This document shows, one piece after another, positions 37,424 to 45,363 of a stretch of DNA of 45,363 bases (its first letter is position 1; each line of letters begins with the position of its first letter). Source of the stretch: a virus. Lineage: Duplodnaviria > Caudoviricetes. The notes under the pieces were generated by a model. That model was not told the DNA's origin. It ran no database searches and was given only the letters and a program-made list of their open reading frames with translations. The position numbers and the translations under genes were made by a program. The DNA is taken from IMG/VR virus record IMGVR_UViG_3300030118_005059, positions 1 through 45,363 of that record; one strand, given 5' to 3'.

Positions 37424-37942
37424 TTAATACCTCTTTAAAATTAAATGCCAAGATTTTTCTATCTTATCAGCAGGTTTAATTCCCCAAACCCTCCCTTTTT
37501 CCTCAGCATAATCCGATATCTTTTTAATTATATTTTTAGGAATGGAATTTAACAGACTTGGTTCTATATTTGTTATCTGCCAACCTGTTTTTTCGTTAGC
37601 CGCTATCCAACTTGGTGCATTGATAAATACAGCAAGTAGGGGCTTATTTGGAATAACGCTAGCACGATAAGGAACTAGGTCGGTCATGTGGCCTCTAGGA
37701 GAACCTTCAATAGATTGAGTTCCTCCAACTATTACATAATCGGGATGCTCCGTCCAACCAGTAGTGGAAATAGTCTTGTCATTATCATCAACTCTAATAA
37801 TCCATTTGTTTAAATCGTAAAAGGGAGGTGGTGAACCTGCTCTAACATAAGGTTCATTTGGATTATCACTACTCCATCTTTCTTTCATTTCCTCGAAAGA
37901 AAAAATCTCATCCAAAACTCTCGGCATAATTATCCCTACCAA
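37424..37942 (-). CDS. Hypothetical protein, possibly degenerate GNAT fold (start may be ATG 37927)
   Basis: Strand pattern WIIRVDD...ISTTGW...VIVGGT...PRGHMTDL...ANEKTGW. Ends KSWHLILKRY. Confidence 0.5.
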   Translation of the reverse strand: MVGIIMPRVLDEIFSFEEMKERWSSDNPNEPYVRAGSPPPFYDLNKWIIRVDDNDKTISTTGWTEHPDYVIVGGTQSIEGSPRGHMTDLVPYRASVIPNKPLLAVFINAPSWIAANEKTGWQITNIEPSLLNSIPKNIIKKISDYAEEKGRVWGIKPADKIEKSWHLILKRY

Positions 37943-40542
37943 ACCCTTTGTCTAAACCTAGCCTTAATTAAATATACATGGTCGGCAGTTATGCCATAAT
38001 CTCTACCTATAGAATCATGAGAATCAATTGACTTGACAATGTTTTCGACTTCCATGTGACTCAAATCTAAGTTTTCCTCTTTGTGCATTTTATCTATTAC
38101 CAAATCAATATTATCATAAGTTAATGGTAAAAACCCATAAGCAGTTTCCTTTCCTAGAGACTTTCTTATTGTGTCATGCGCTCTTAGTAGTTTCTTATTA
38201 ATCATTTTACCGATAGTTACAGGAGAATCTTCTTTGACGCTATCTCTTATCAGTTCCATTAATTCAAAGTATTTATTTCTTAAATCACTTTCTTCCTTAG
38301 TTCCTCCGGCAAAGAGGCTTTGTTTCTCTTCTAAAGTATTAAGGAAGTCTAACTTAAATGCAGATGAACCTGTCCTTGTATCGCTTGCTCTTTCTAATAT
38401 TGTCTTGGTTTTTAACTTTCTATTCTGCAAAGAAAAGTCTTGTGTTTCATCCATGACAATATATAACAACAGTGAGACAAATCCTAAACTATCACTTTCA
38501 TTAACTCCAAATTTCTTAAGGGAATCTGATGCTCTAATTCCCTTATTAATTAGAATTCTATCAACTCTAGTATTTACATCTTGAAACTCTCTCAAGAAAG
38601 TTATTATGTTTTGGAAATCTTCTGGGCTTATTTCTTGATATCTGCTAGTTCCTGTAAAAAATGGGCTGGCTATACCTGTTTTATTTCCTAAGATTTTATT
38701 TATTTCCTTTACTACTTTCCCTCCCACAGCATTGTAGAAGGAAGGAACTGAAACGGGTAACATACCACTACCCATAGGTTCGTAGTAGTATTCTTCAGCC
38801 GCCTTGAAAAATCTCTTAAGGACTTCTTTGGCTTGACCTTCTTTGAAAGTGGTATCTAGTTCGGGTAAAGAAGGTCTAAAGGAAGTGTCTTTTGCATAAG
38901 ACTGTATTGCCGAACCTGCTGTTGTATCTTTAAAATCAACCATAGTTTTGTCTTGTCCTTTTGTTCCTCTAACAGCAACCGCCTCTCTAGCACCTTGAGG
39001 GAACGCTTTTGGGTCGCTAACTAAAACTAAAGTAGACAAGTCATTAAAGAAATCTTTAATGAAATTAATATTGTCATAATCTATTTTTCTAGAGTAATCT
39101 ACTTTAATTCTCTCTCCGCCATCACTAGTTCTTAGAGGGTAAAATCCTTCTTTTTCAACAAAGTCTCTACTTCCATAACTTGTGTAAAATGCCTTGTCTG
39201 CTAATACTGATAGAGGCAAAGCAAAAGGAAATGTAGAGTTTGTTCCATCCGGATTTTCTTCTATGCCTTCAACTGTTAAAGTGTCCTCTATTCCATCTAA
39301 TAAATCTTCGAAGTCCCTTCTAACATTTATTGTTAAGTCATCTTGAGCCAATGCCCCCTCCAAATATCCTTTCAAGATTTGATAGTGTTTTTCTATAATC
39401 GCTACTAGTTTTATGTTTCTACTGTTTTCCCAAACCAAAAGAGGGTCTGCTTTAGCAGGAATAAATTTAGCCTTATCCATAAACTCAGTATATGAGCCTT
39501 CACCTACTATTTCCTCATACTCTTCTATTGATTGTTGTAGTTCATCTTCGGATATAGTAGCACCAGTATATTGACTATCTCCGCCAACTGCATTTAGAAA
39601 AGCCTGTTCCATAGCCTCTTGCTTTCCTCCGGATATATTTTCTTCTATTGCTCTTTCCTCCGGTGTATCTTTTATTTCATCTATTCTATCATAAAGTCCT
39701 TGAGTTTGCATCAATCTGATAATGAACAAGACTAATCTTGCTCCGGCATCTGCAACACCCACATCTGTAAAAGGAAAATCTGCAATATAAACAAAGTTAG
39801 TAAAATCATCTTCTAAGTCGTATCTAGCAATAAATTTGTTAGCCTCGTCATTATCTAATTCTTTTAATAAAATTGTTAAATCATCTAACGCTTCTAAGAA
39901 CTTGCCTTCTTTTTGCCTAACAACATTAGCCCAAAATTTATACACAGCCTTTCGAGTCTCTCCTTTAGAAACATCTACTGCACCCAAAAGTTCACCCAAT
40001 GGATATTTTATTTCTCTTTGGGAAGTTAGTTCTTGTTCTTCCTCATCTATTCTGTCTATAATATACATTAAATTATCTTCTACTATTTTATTAGATTCGT
40101 AAGCCCCTGCTCCTAACCTGTTTTCTATCAACTTCTTTGCTCTTTCTTGTTCTTCTTTACTAGCCTTTATCTCAAAGTCATCGGGTAATCTTCTAGTAAC
40201 TAATTGTCTAGCATCAATGACTCTATCCCTACCATCTACTAGGTTTAATTTTTGAGTTTGACTACGAACTTGCTCCTCTATGCTTCTAATGTCAATTACT
40301 TCTTCTCCCAACTCAAGTTCTTCTAAAGCGTTACCTAGAGCCTCCTTGAATAACTTTCTTTCTTTCAAATAATCTTTATCTTTTCTATCAACATTATTTT
40401 GTGCAAGATATTGTTCAGCCCATTCATTGATAATTTCTTCTTCCTTTCTCCTTCTTTTACCTCTAGCGGTAATTCCGGCTATGGTCTTTAGTTCTTCTTC
40501 GCTTCTTTCGACGCTTATCCCATTACTCTCTATCTTTACCAT
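37936..40542 (-). CDS. Hypothetical acidic protein, 868 aa
   Basis: Long ORF, GGAGG SD. Possible HTH-like C-terminus (HDSIGRDYGITADHVYLIK). Confidence 0.6.
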   Translation of the reverse strand: MVKIESNGISVERSEEELKTIAGITARGKRRRKEEEIINEWAEQYLAQNNVDRKDKDYLKERKLFKEALGNALEELELGEEVIDIRSIEEQVRSQTQKLNLVDGRDRVIDARQLVTRRLPDDFEIKASKEEQERAKKLIENRLGAGAYESNKIVEDNLMYIIDRIDEEEQELTSQREIKYPLGELLGAVDVSKGETRKAVYKFWANVVRQKEGKFLEALDDLTILLKELDNDEANKFIARYDLEDDFTNFVYIADFPFTDVGVADAGARLVLFIIRLMQTQGLYDRIDEIKDTPEERAIEENISGGKQEAMEQAFLNAVGGDSQYTGATISEDELQQSIEEYEEIVGEGSYTEFMDKAKFIPAKADPLLVWENSRNIKLVAIIEKHYQILKGYLEGALAQDDLTINVRRDFEDLLDGIEDTLTVEGIEENPDGTNSTFPFALPLSVLADKAFYTSYGSRDFVEKEGFYPLRTSDGGERIKVDYSRKIDYDNINFIKDFFNDLSTLVLVSDPKAFPQGAREAVAVRGTKGQDKTMVDFKDTTAGSAIQSYAKDTSFRPSLPELDTTFKEGQAKEVLKRFFKAAEEYYYEPMGSGMLPVSVPSFYNAVGGKVVKEINKILGNKTGIASPFFTGTSRYQEISPEDFQNIITFLREFQDVNTRVDRILINKGIRASDSLKKFGVNESDSLGFVSLLLYIVMDETQDFSLQNRKLKTKTILERASDTRTGSSAFKLDFLNTLEEKQSLFAGGTKEESDLRNKYFELMELIRDSVKEDSPVTIGKMINKKLLRAHDTIRKSLGKETAYGFLPLTYDNIDLVIDKMHKEENLDLSHMEVENIVKSIDSHDSIGRDYGITADHVYLIKARFRQRVW

Positions 40543-40544
40543 AA

Positions 40545-42587
40545 TTATTCCTCCGTCAGTATTCTTTTCTCGGATAGAGCCTCTAGAGCCTTCTTTGCTT
40601 TAGTCGAACCACCCCTACCTAATTTAAATTTCCCTCCGGTATAGTTTTCTGCAAATAGTTTAGCATAGTTTTCAAAGGAGGTAATTATTTCTTGTTTTAA
40701 GTTAATTAATATTGTAGGAATATCCTCTTTTATTTGTTCTGCTATCTCCTCTTTCTTGGTTTTATCTTTAGCACTATCTAATTCTCGGTATGCGGCAAGT
40801 AATCCATCTGCTCCGACTACTTCTGCATTAAGACCAATAAAACCCAAAAATTCCTCTATGGATAAATCAGGAATTGTAGCATTTATGTTAAAAGTAGATA
40901 CGACATTTTCTAGACCCTTTGTTTCGGAAACTTGAATTAAGTATTTTGAGAAGGTATCATTTGTTAATCCACTGAGTTCTCTTATTTTAGCCAAAGAAGG
41001 ATTGTTGAATTGTCTACCTTCTTCCCCTCTTTGTTCTCCAATATACTCTAATTCTTCATAAATATCTTTTAATTCTATTACTTCTGTTGGGTTATTTTTG
41101 TCATATATTTGGGCATGAGTAGCACCGTCGGGGGTATTGGTCATAATTATCTGCCCTGCACTATCTCTTTGATTAGTGGGCTTGTTATTTTCTTCTGTTC
41201 CGTTAAAATATACTACATCATATATGTCAGAATACTCATTTTCGATGATTTTTGCCTCCGAAACACTAGGATTTGTCCTTAAAAATGCGGATAAATTGCC
41301 TCTTTCTGTCTTAATTAGGCTAGAAATACTACTAGATAATGGGTTAGTAGTCTTTCTTCTTTTGACTAAATCCGTGATTCTTCGCCTCTTTTTCGCCTTT
41401 GTTCCCTCTATTCCTAGCCTAGAAAGGTCTATTCCTTTGTAAGTAGTCTGTCCGGACTCTAATGTTTCTAGTATTTCTTCTATAATTTTTCTTTCTAAGG
41501 CATAATCACTCAATAAATTCTCATTTCTAATGTAATTACTAAGTTCCGTAGCCCATTCGTCACCGTAATCAGGGTCTAATATTGCTTTTGCTATAGATGA
41601 TATGGCTAAATCGTCACCCATACCATCAATTACAACATAGTTGCGAATAAAAGGGTCTGATGGGACAAACATTCGCTTATTTCCTTCAATTGCTTCATTT
41701 ATAGCGTTAATATATTCAATAGGAGTCTTTTCATTGAAGGTTTTAACCGAGTATTTTACTCCCATTATCCTTTGTCGTGTCATTCTTAAAGCATCTTTGT
41801 CTAAAGAGGTAGAAGTATTATCTTTAACCAAATTTACCTTTAAATTTCTAATATTTTCATTATAATATGTTAAAATATCTTCATTTGAATTTACTAACTT
41901 AATAAATTCGTTAAAACTGTTAAATTGGCCTTCTTTTTTGTATAATTTACCGTTTTTATTGTTCGCACCTATCATTTCTGCAAATTTATTGATTTTATCT
42001 TCGTTTTCTTTGTATGGAGTTATAGTAAAGTAAGGGTCTTGCCTTCTAGTTATAACATATTGCCACATAGTCTGTGCATCGGGATATCTATTCCAATCTC
42101 CTCCCCTTCCGGTAAGTGGAAATCTAGTAGTTTGTTCTAAAAACGCCTCAGTTTCCTCTCTTAACCTACTTTGTTCCTCTAAAAGTTCATCACTAGCACC
42201 ATCCGGCCTCTTTTTAGCAACTTCAACCTTTCTAGTTACATTGTGAAGGTCAGTAATTAGTTTCATTAGGGAATCTTTTGTTTTAGTTGGCCGCTTTACT
42301 CTCAAATTCATTAATTTTTCAAGTCTTTTTCTTGCTTCTGCCGGATTCAAGCCCTTTTTCTCAGAAAATTTATCAATTTCTTCAAACAAACTCCTTCTAT
42401 TTGGTGTATTTCCGGAAAGATTATCTAAAAATCTAGAAAATTGCTTGGATTCTGCACTATTTTTATCCGCATTCTTGAAACTTTCATAAAAATCATCAAA
42501 CATTTGCTCTCTAACTAGAGTTCTAGCCAAAACTTTTACTCTAGTTATGGGTAAAAAGTCCTCTTTTAGAATTTCTAGCCAATTCAA
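40545..42587 (-). CDS. Hypothetical protein, 680 aa (TTG start, MNWLEILKE)
   Basis: Long ORF packed in the operon. No family motif recognised. Confidence 0.6.
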   Translation of the reverse strand: MNWLEILKEDFLPITRVKVLARTLVREQMFDDFYESFKNADKNSAESKQFSRFLDNLSGNTPNRRSLFEEIDKFSEKKGLNPAEARKRLEKLMNLRVKRPTKTKDSLMKLITDLHNVTRKVEVAKKRPDGASDELLEEQSRLREETEAFLEQTTRFPLTGRGGDWNRYPDAQTMWQYVITRRQDPYFTITPYKENEDKINKFAEMIGANNKNGKLYKKEGQFNSFNEFIKLVNSNEDILTYYNENIRNLKVNLVKDNTSTSLDKDALRMTRQRIMGVKYSVKTFNEKTPIEYINAINEAIEGNKRMFVPSDPFIRNYVVIDGMGDDLAISSIAKAILDPDYGDEWATELSNYIRNENLLSDYALERKIIEEILETLESGQTTYKGIDLSRLGIEGTKAKKRRRITDLVKRRKTTNPLSSSISSLIKTERGNLSAFLRTNPSVSEAKIIENEYSDIYDVVYFNGTEENNKPTNQRDSAGQIIMTNTPDGATHAQIYDKNNPTEVIELKDIYEELEYIGEQRGEEGRQFNNPSLAKIRELSGLTNDTFSKYLIQVSETKGLENVVSTFNINATIPDLSIEEFLGFIGLNAEVVGADGLLAAYRELDSAKDKTKKEEIAEQIKEDIPTILINLKQEIITSFENYAKLFAENYTGGKFKLGRGGSTKAKKALEALSEKRILTEE

Positions 42588-42598
42588 ACGCTCAACCC

Positions 42599-42877
42599 CT
42601 ACAAATTGAGTGCTTCTTCAACAGGTTCTAGTAGTTTTTCTAAATTAAAATTAGTGAATCGCTCAACTACCATGCTATTTTCTCTAATAAAAATAGTAAA
42701 GCCCCCTCTTCCCCTTTGTAATAGTTCTAATCTTCTATCTCCAAAGTCAATAAACATTTTAATTCCTGCTTTTCCATGACCGCCTTTAACTGCATCGGCT
42801 TCAAGTCCTAGTTTAAATGCGAAATGTTCCATAAACTGTCTAGGCAAAAGCATCTTTAGTATGTTTTTCCAACTCAT
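42599..42877 (-). CDS. Hypothetical protein, 92 aa (MSWKNILKM)
   Basis: AGGGGA SD, packed ORF. Confidence 0.6.
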   Translation of the reverse strand: MSWKNILKMLLPRQFMEHFAFKLGLEADAVKGGHGKAGIKMFIDFGDRRLELLQRGRGGFTIFIRENSMVVERFTNFNLEKLLEPVEEALNL

Positions 42878-42889
42878 TTTAATATCCCC

Positions 42890-43213
42890 TTAAGCATAAT
42901 CCTCTAATATAGTATCAACATCATCTTCATAGTTTTCTGCAACTGCATCCCAATCTACATCATTAATAGAATCTGTTGAACCATCATAATCTTCCATTTC
43001 TAATTCTTCCATAAAACCTTCCATGTGTATCATAACATTAGGAAGCCAATTTGCCAACCTACCCATAAGTTCTTCTTTTCCATAACCCGCCATAACTAGA
43101 GATTTGATATATGCTAAGACTTGGTTGTAAGCATCGTAATCGTTCATTATCCAAAGTTCAGCAGAACGAGTAGCAGTATCTATTTTTTTTCTAATGATTT
43201 TTTTCCAACTCAT
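42890..43213 (-). CDS. Hypothetical acidic protein, 107 aa (MSWKKIIRK)
   Basis: GGAG SD, ATGA overlap with the upstream gene. Confidence 0.6.
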   Translation of the reverse strand: MSWKKIIRKKIDTATRSAELWIMNDYDAYNQVLAYIKSLVMAGYGKEELMGRLANWLPNVMIHMEGFMEELEMEDYDGSTDSINDVDWDAVAENYEDDVDTILEDYA

Positions 43214-43872
43214 TGTAATTTCTCCTGCATTCTTTGTTTAATCTCTAACCATATCTGCGGATTATTTTGTGCTAATACTTCTTGGACTATTTGCATTTGA
43301 TGAACAATTACGGTATCTTGTCGCCTATGTATCAATTTACCCTTAAACTCCATCAAGTATTTTAATGATTCTCTAATCTCTCTAGCAAGTTTAGTTAGAG
43401 CATCAATCATCTTAGGGTCTAGGTCATTTCCTAGTTCATCAAAGACTTGTTCTAGTCTCATATCTAATTTAGATACATTTCTAGAAAGTAAATCTACTTC
43501 ATTAACTTCTTTCTTTGCTATCATCATAGCCGCACTCTCTTGAACAATAGGAGTTAAGTGGTGTTTAAGATGCCTTTGTATTTGTTGTTGAGTAGTATCT
43601 AATTCAGCCGCTACTTCTTTAGTAGTAATTTCTGCATTAGACAAGGCCATTTCTATTTCTTTTCTATTTGGTTCTACGCATAATTTACATTTAGGATTAG
43701 AACTCATTTCAAAATCTCCCATATGATTTCTTTGGTGTTGTGCCGCAGTTCCGCTTCTCCATCCGTATTTTTCATCTAAGTCATCACAAGTAGTAGAACC
43801 ACTTTCTAACAAGTTTTCTAGTTCTGTTCTATCTTCATGTTGGCACATGCCACAACGCTTTCTTGTTACCAT
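43210..43872 (-). CDS. Tandem Zn-finger/HTH DNA-binding protein, candidate terminase small subunit, 220 aa
   Basis: Two repeats of CxxC...helix-turn-helix...HxxxH (CGMC...HQRNH; CKLC...HLKHH) followed by a helical oligomerisation-like region. Upstream of terL. Confidence 0.5.
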   Translation of the reverse strand: MVTRKRCGMCQHEDRTELENLLESGSTTCDDLDEKYGWRSGTAAQHQRNHMGDFEMSSNPKCKLCVEPNRKEIEMALSNAEITTKEVAAELDTTQQQIQRHLKHHLTPIVQESAAMMIAKKEVNEVDLLSRNVSKLDMRLEQVFDELGNDLDPKMIDALTKLAREIRESLKYLMEFKGKLIHRRQDTVIVHQMQIVQEVLAQNNPQIWLEIKQRMQEKLQ

Positions 43873-43873
43873 A

Positions 43874-45328
43874 TCAATTCCTCAAAATATCCATCCATGA
43901 TTTCAATACTATTCTTTCATCAGTGTTAGGTGCATTCATGCTTTGTAAATCCCTAGTTCGAGTAATCACTGATTGGTTTAACAGGGCTTTCATAGCATTC
44001 TTTGTAAGTTTGAAATTTATTTTTCTAACATCTGATAGATTAAACATATCTATTATTTTATTTCTAGAAGTGGGGGAGAAATCAAAATTCTTTTCTCTTA
44101 ACATTCTAAGAGACTCGGAAGTTTGAAAGTCATTATCGTTATATAGTGAAGTATTCCTAAGTAAAGCCTGTGCATATCTCTTTATCTCCGGTATCTTTGC
44201 TAACTCTACCGCTTGTCTCTTTAGACTAACAGGAACTGTAATGTCTTGTAGTCCCTCACTTCTAAAATCAAAACCATTCTTTTTATCTTTGATAACATTC
44301 TGCCACGCAGGTTTTCCGTCCGGTGCTTTAGATGTCCCTCTTATCTTTAGTGCTTGCTTAACAAACATAACAATTACTTCGGGTGTAGCCTTACAAGTCA
44401 CCATACCAACTTCTCCCGCAGGAGCATCTTTTGTATTTAGTTTAGTCAGTCTTTCAATCGCTTGCTTTTCTTTGTTACCTATTTTAAATTCAGTTGATTC
44501 AAACTCTCTTCTTAATTTGCTTACTAATAGTTTACCATCTTTCCAAAATGCAGTATTTCTAGTGGACTTGACAAAAAAGGCTTCAAAGGCGTTTAATTTT
44601 AACCAATCTATAATATCATCTTCTTCTATTGGTGCGCCTCCCACTCCTATTGGTTCTGTTACTGCTTGTATTGCATCTTCTAAAATATATTTAAGCCCTC
44701 TAGAATCAAACTCGGAACTAGGTTTTTTATTGTATAGTGCTTGATGAGGAATGTTTCCACCATCCATTGTTCCCGCAAACCAAGCATCGGGGGCTTTACT
44801 TGTGTTATATTTTTTAGCATACTTAGCAGTAGCATAGTGTCCTGTTATTACTTTAGGCTTCATTGTATTTCCTCTAGCATCTTTTCTAGGTTCACTAAAT
44901 ACAATAAATGCAGGGTCTAGAGCAACTCCCTCTTTTCCAACATCTTTTCCTGTTTCAAATAAATCATCCAATATCTTTGCCAAGTCAGTAATATCTTCTA
45001 AGTCATCATCACTAAGATAGTTTTTTTGTAGAACTTTATCCATTGTTTTGATAGCCTCTACTGCTCCTTGACCTATTGCCCCTGCCCTTCTGTTTCTACT
45101 CTTTTCTCTAACATAGGTTCCAGTAAGGTGATTTTTTAGAAAGTCAAAAAGAGTTGGAACATTCTTCACTTGCATTTTGCTACCGGAAGTATTCAAACAG
45201 GTTTGTTTCCACTTAGCATACTCATTAACAAAGTCATACTTATCGAGGTTTTGATTGATTTCCATTCCTTTGTAATCAATCGTTTTCTTCTTTATCTTTT
45301 TTCTTTTTACCACGCTTTTTCCCTCCAT
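43874..45328 (-). CDS. Hypothetical protein, 484 aa (start may be GTG 45313)
   Basis: Long ORF. GGAGGG precedes the in-frame GTG 45313. Ends KSWMDILRN. Confidence 0.6.
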   Translation of the reverse strand: MEGKSVVKRKKIKKKTIDYKGMEINQNLDKYDFVNEYAKWKQTCLNTSGSKMQVKNVPTLFDFLKNHLTGTYVREKSRNRRAGAIGQGAVEAIKTMDKVLQKNYLSDDDLEDITDLAKILDDLFETGKDVGKEGVALDPAFIVFSEPRKDARGNTMKPKVITGHYATAKYAKKYNTSKAPDAWFAGTMDGGNIPHQALYNKKPSSEFDSRGLKYILEDAIQAVTEPIGVGGAPIEEDDIIDWLKLNAFEAFFVKSTRNTAFWKDGKLLVSKLRREFESTEFKIGNKEKQAIERLTKLNTKDAPAGEVGMVTCKATPEVIVMFVKQALKIRGTSKAPDGKPAWQNVIKDKKNGFDFRSEGLQDITVPVSLKRQAVELAKIPEIKRYAQALLRNTSLYNDNDFQTSESLRMLREKNFDFSPTSRNKIIDMFNLSDVRKINFKLTKNAMKALLNQSVITRTRDLQSMNAPNTDERIVLKSWMDILRN

Positions 45329-45363
45329 AAGTTATGTTAAATAATTTTCCGGAAACTGCCGAA

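Noticed and set aside
31819-43903. W-tag coding sequences as a DNA repeat, recombination cassette or CRISPR-like array
   Set aside because: Nucleotide identity is limited and synonymous positions vary, spacing is irregular, and some copies are C-terminal. Conservation appears to be at the protein level.
1050-44744. Numerous plus-strand ORFs in the track (e.g. 5070-5594, 8726-9394, 27872-28315, 44241-44744)
   Set aside because: They lie antisense to long minus-strand genes, have the Ser/Leu/Phe-rich composition of shadow frames, and show no recognisable motifs.
45337-45350. GGAAAA-TTATTTAA as a promoter for the 484-aa gene
   Set aside because: It is only about 8 nt from ATG 45328, its spacing conflicts with use of the GGAGGG SD, and upstream context is cut off by the window edge.
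1-45363. tRNA, rRNA, CRISPR array, integrase/transposase, reverse transcriptase or DGR
   Set aside because: Intergenic gaps are under about 60 nt and I saw no such motifs or repeat arrays by eye. A tRNAscan/Infernal run would be needed to exclude them formally.

Overview
This window is a gene-dense, AT-rich block with essentially all real genes on the minus strand. It is the virion morphogenesis module of a head-tailed (Caudoviricetes) virus. In transcription order (right to left) it encodes: large hypothetical proteins and a Zn-finger/HTH protein (possible small terminase), large terminase, a LAGLIDADG-domain protein, a cluster of small basic proteins plus a PAP2 phosphatase, portal, ATP-dependent DNA ligase, prohead protease/scaffold, HK97-type major capsid protein, a block with two membrane proteins and an Arf-like small GTPase, head-tail adaptor, tail completion protein, tail tube, tail chaperones with a -1 frameshift signal, tape measure, distal tail/LamG proteins, a 2085-aa hub-like tail protein and a truncated tail-tip gene. 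GGTGA/GGAGG Shine-Dalgarno motifs and BRE-TATA-like promoters suggest an archaeal host. The layout is reminiscent of magroviruses (viruses of Marine Group II/Poseidoniales), which is an inference and not a database match. Two candidate novel systems stand out. (1) A short W-x-x-[IV]-[LI]-[KR] peptide tag occurs on at least 11 unrelated proteins and resembles the scaffold's C-terminal helix, so it may be a capsid cargo-loading or processing signal. (2) An Arf/Sar-like GTPase sits with membrane proteins behind a candidate promoter of their own, a possible membrane-remodelling or egress module. All family assignments come from motif recognition by eye.
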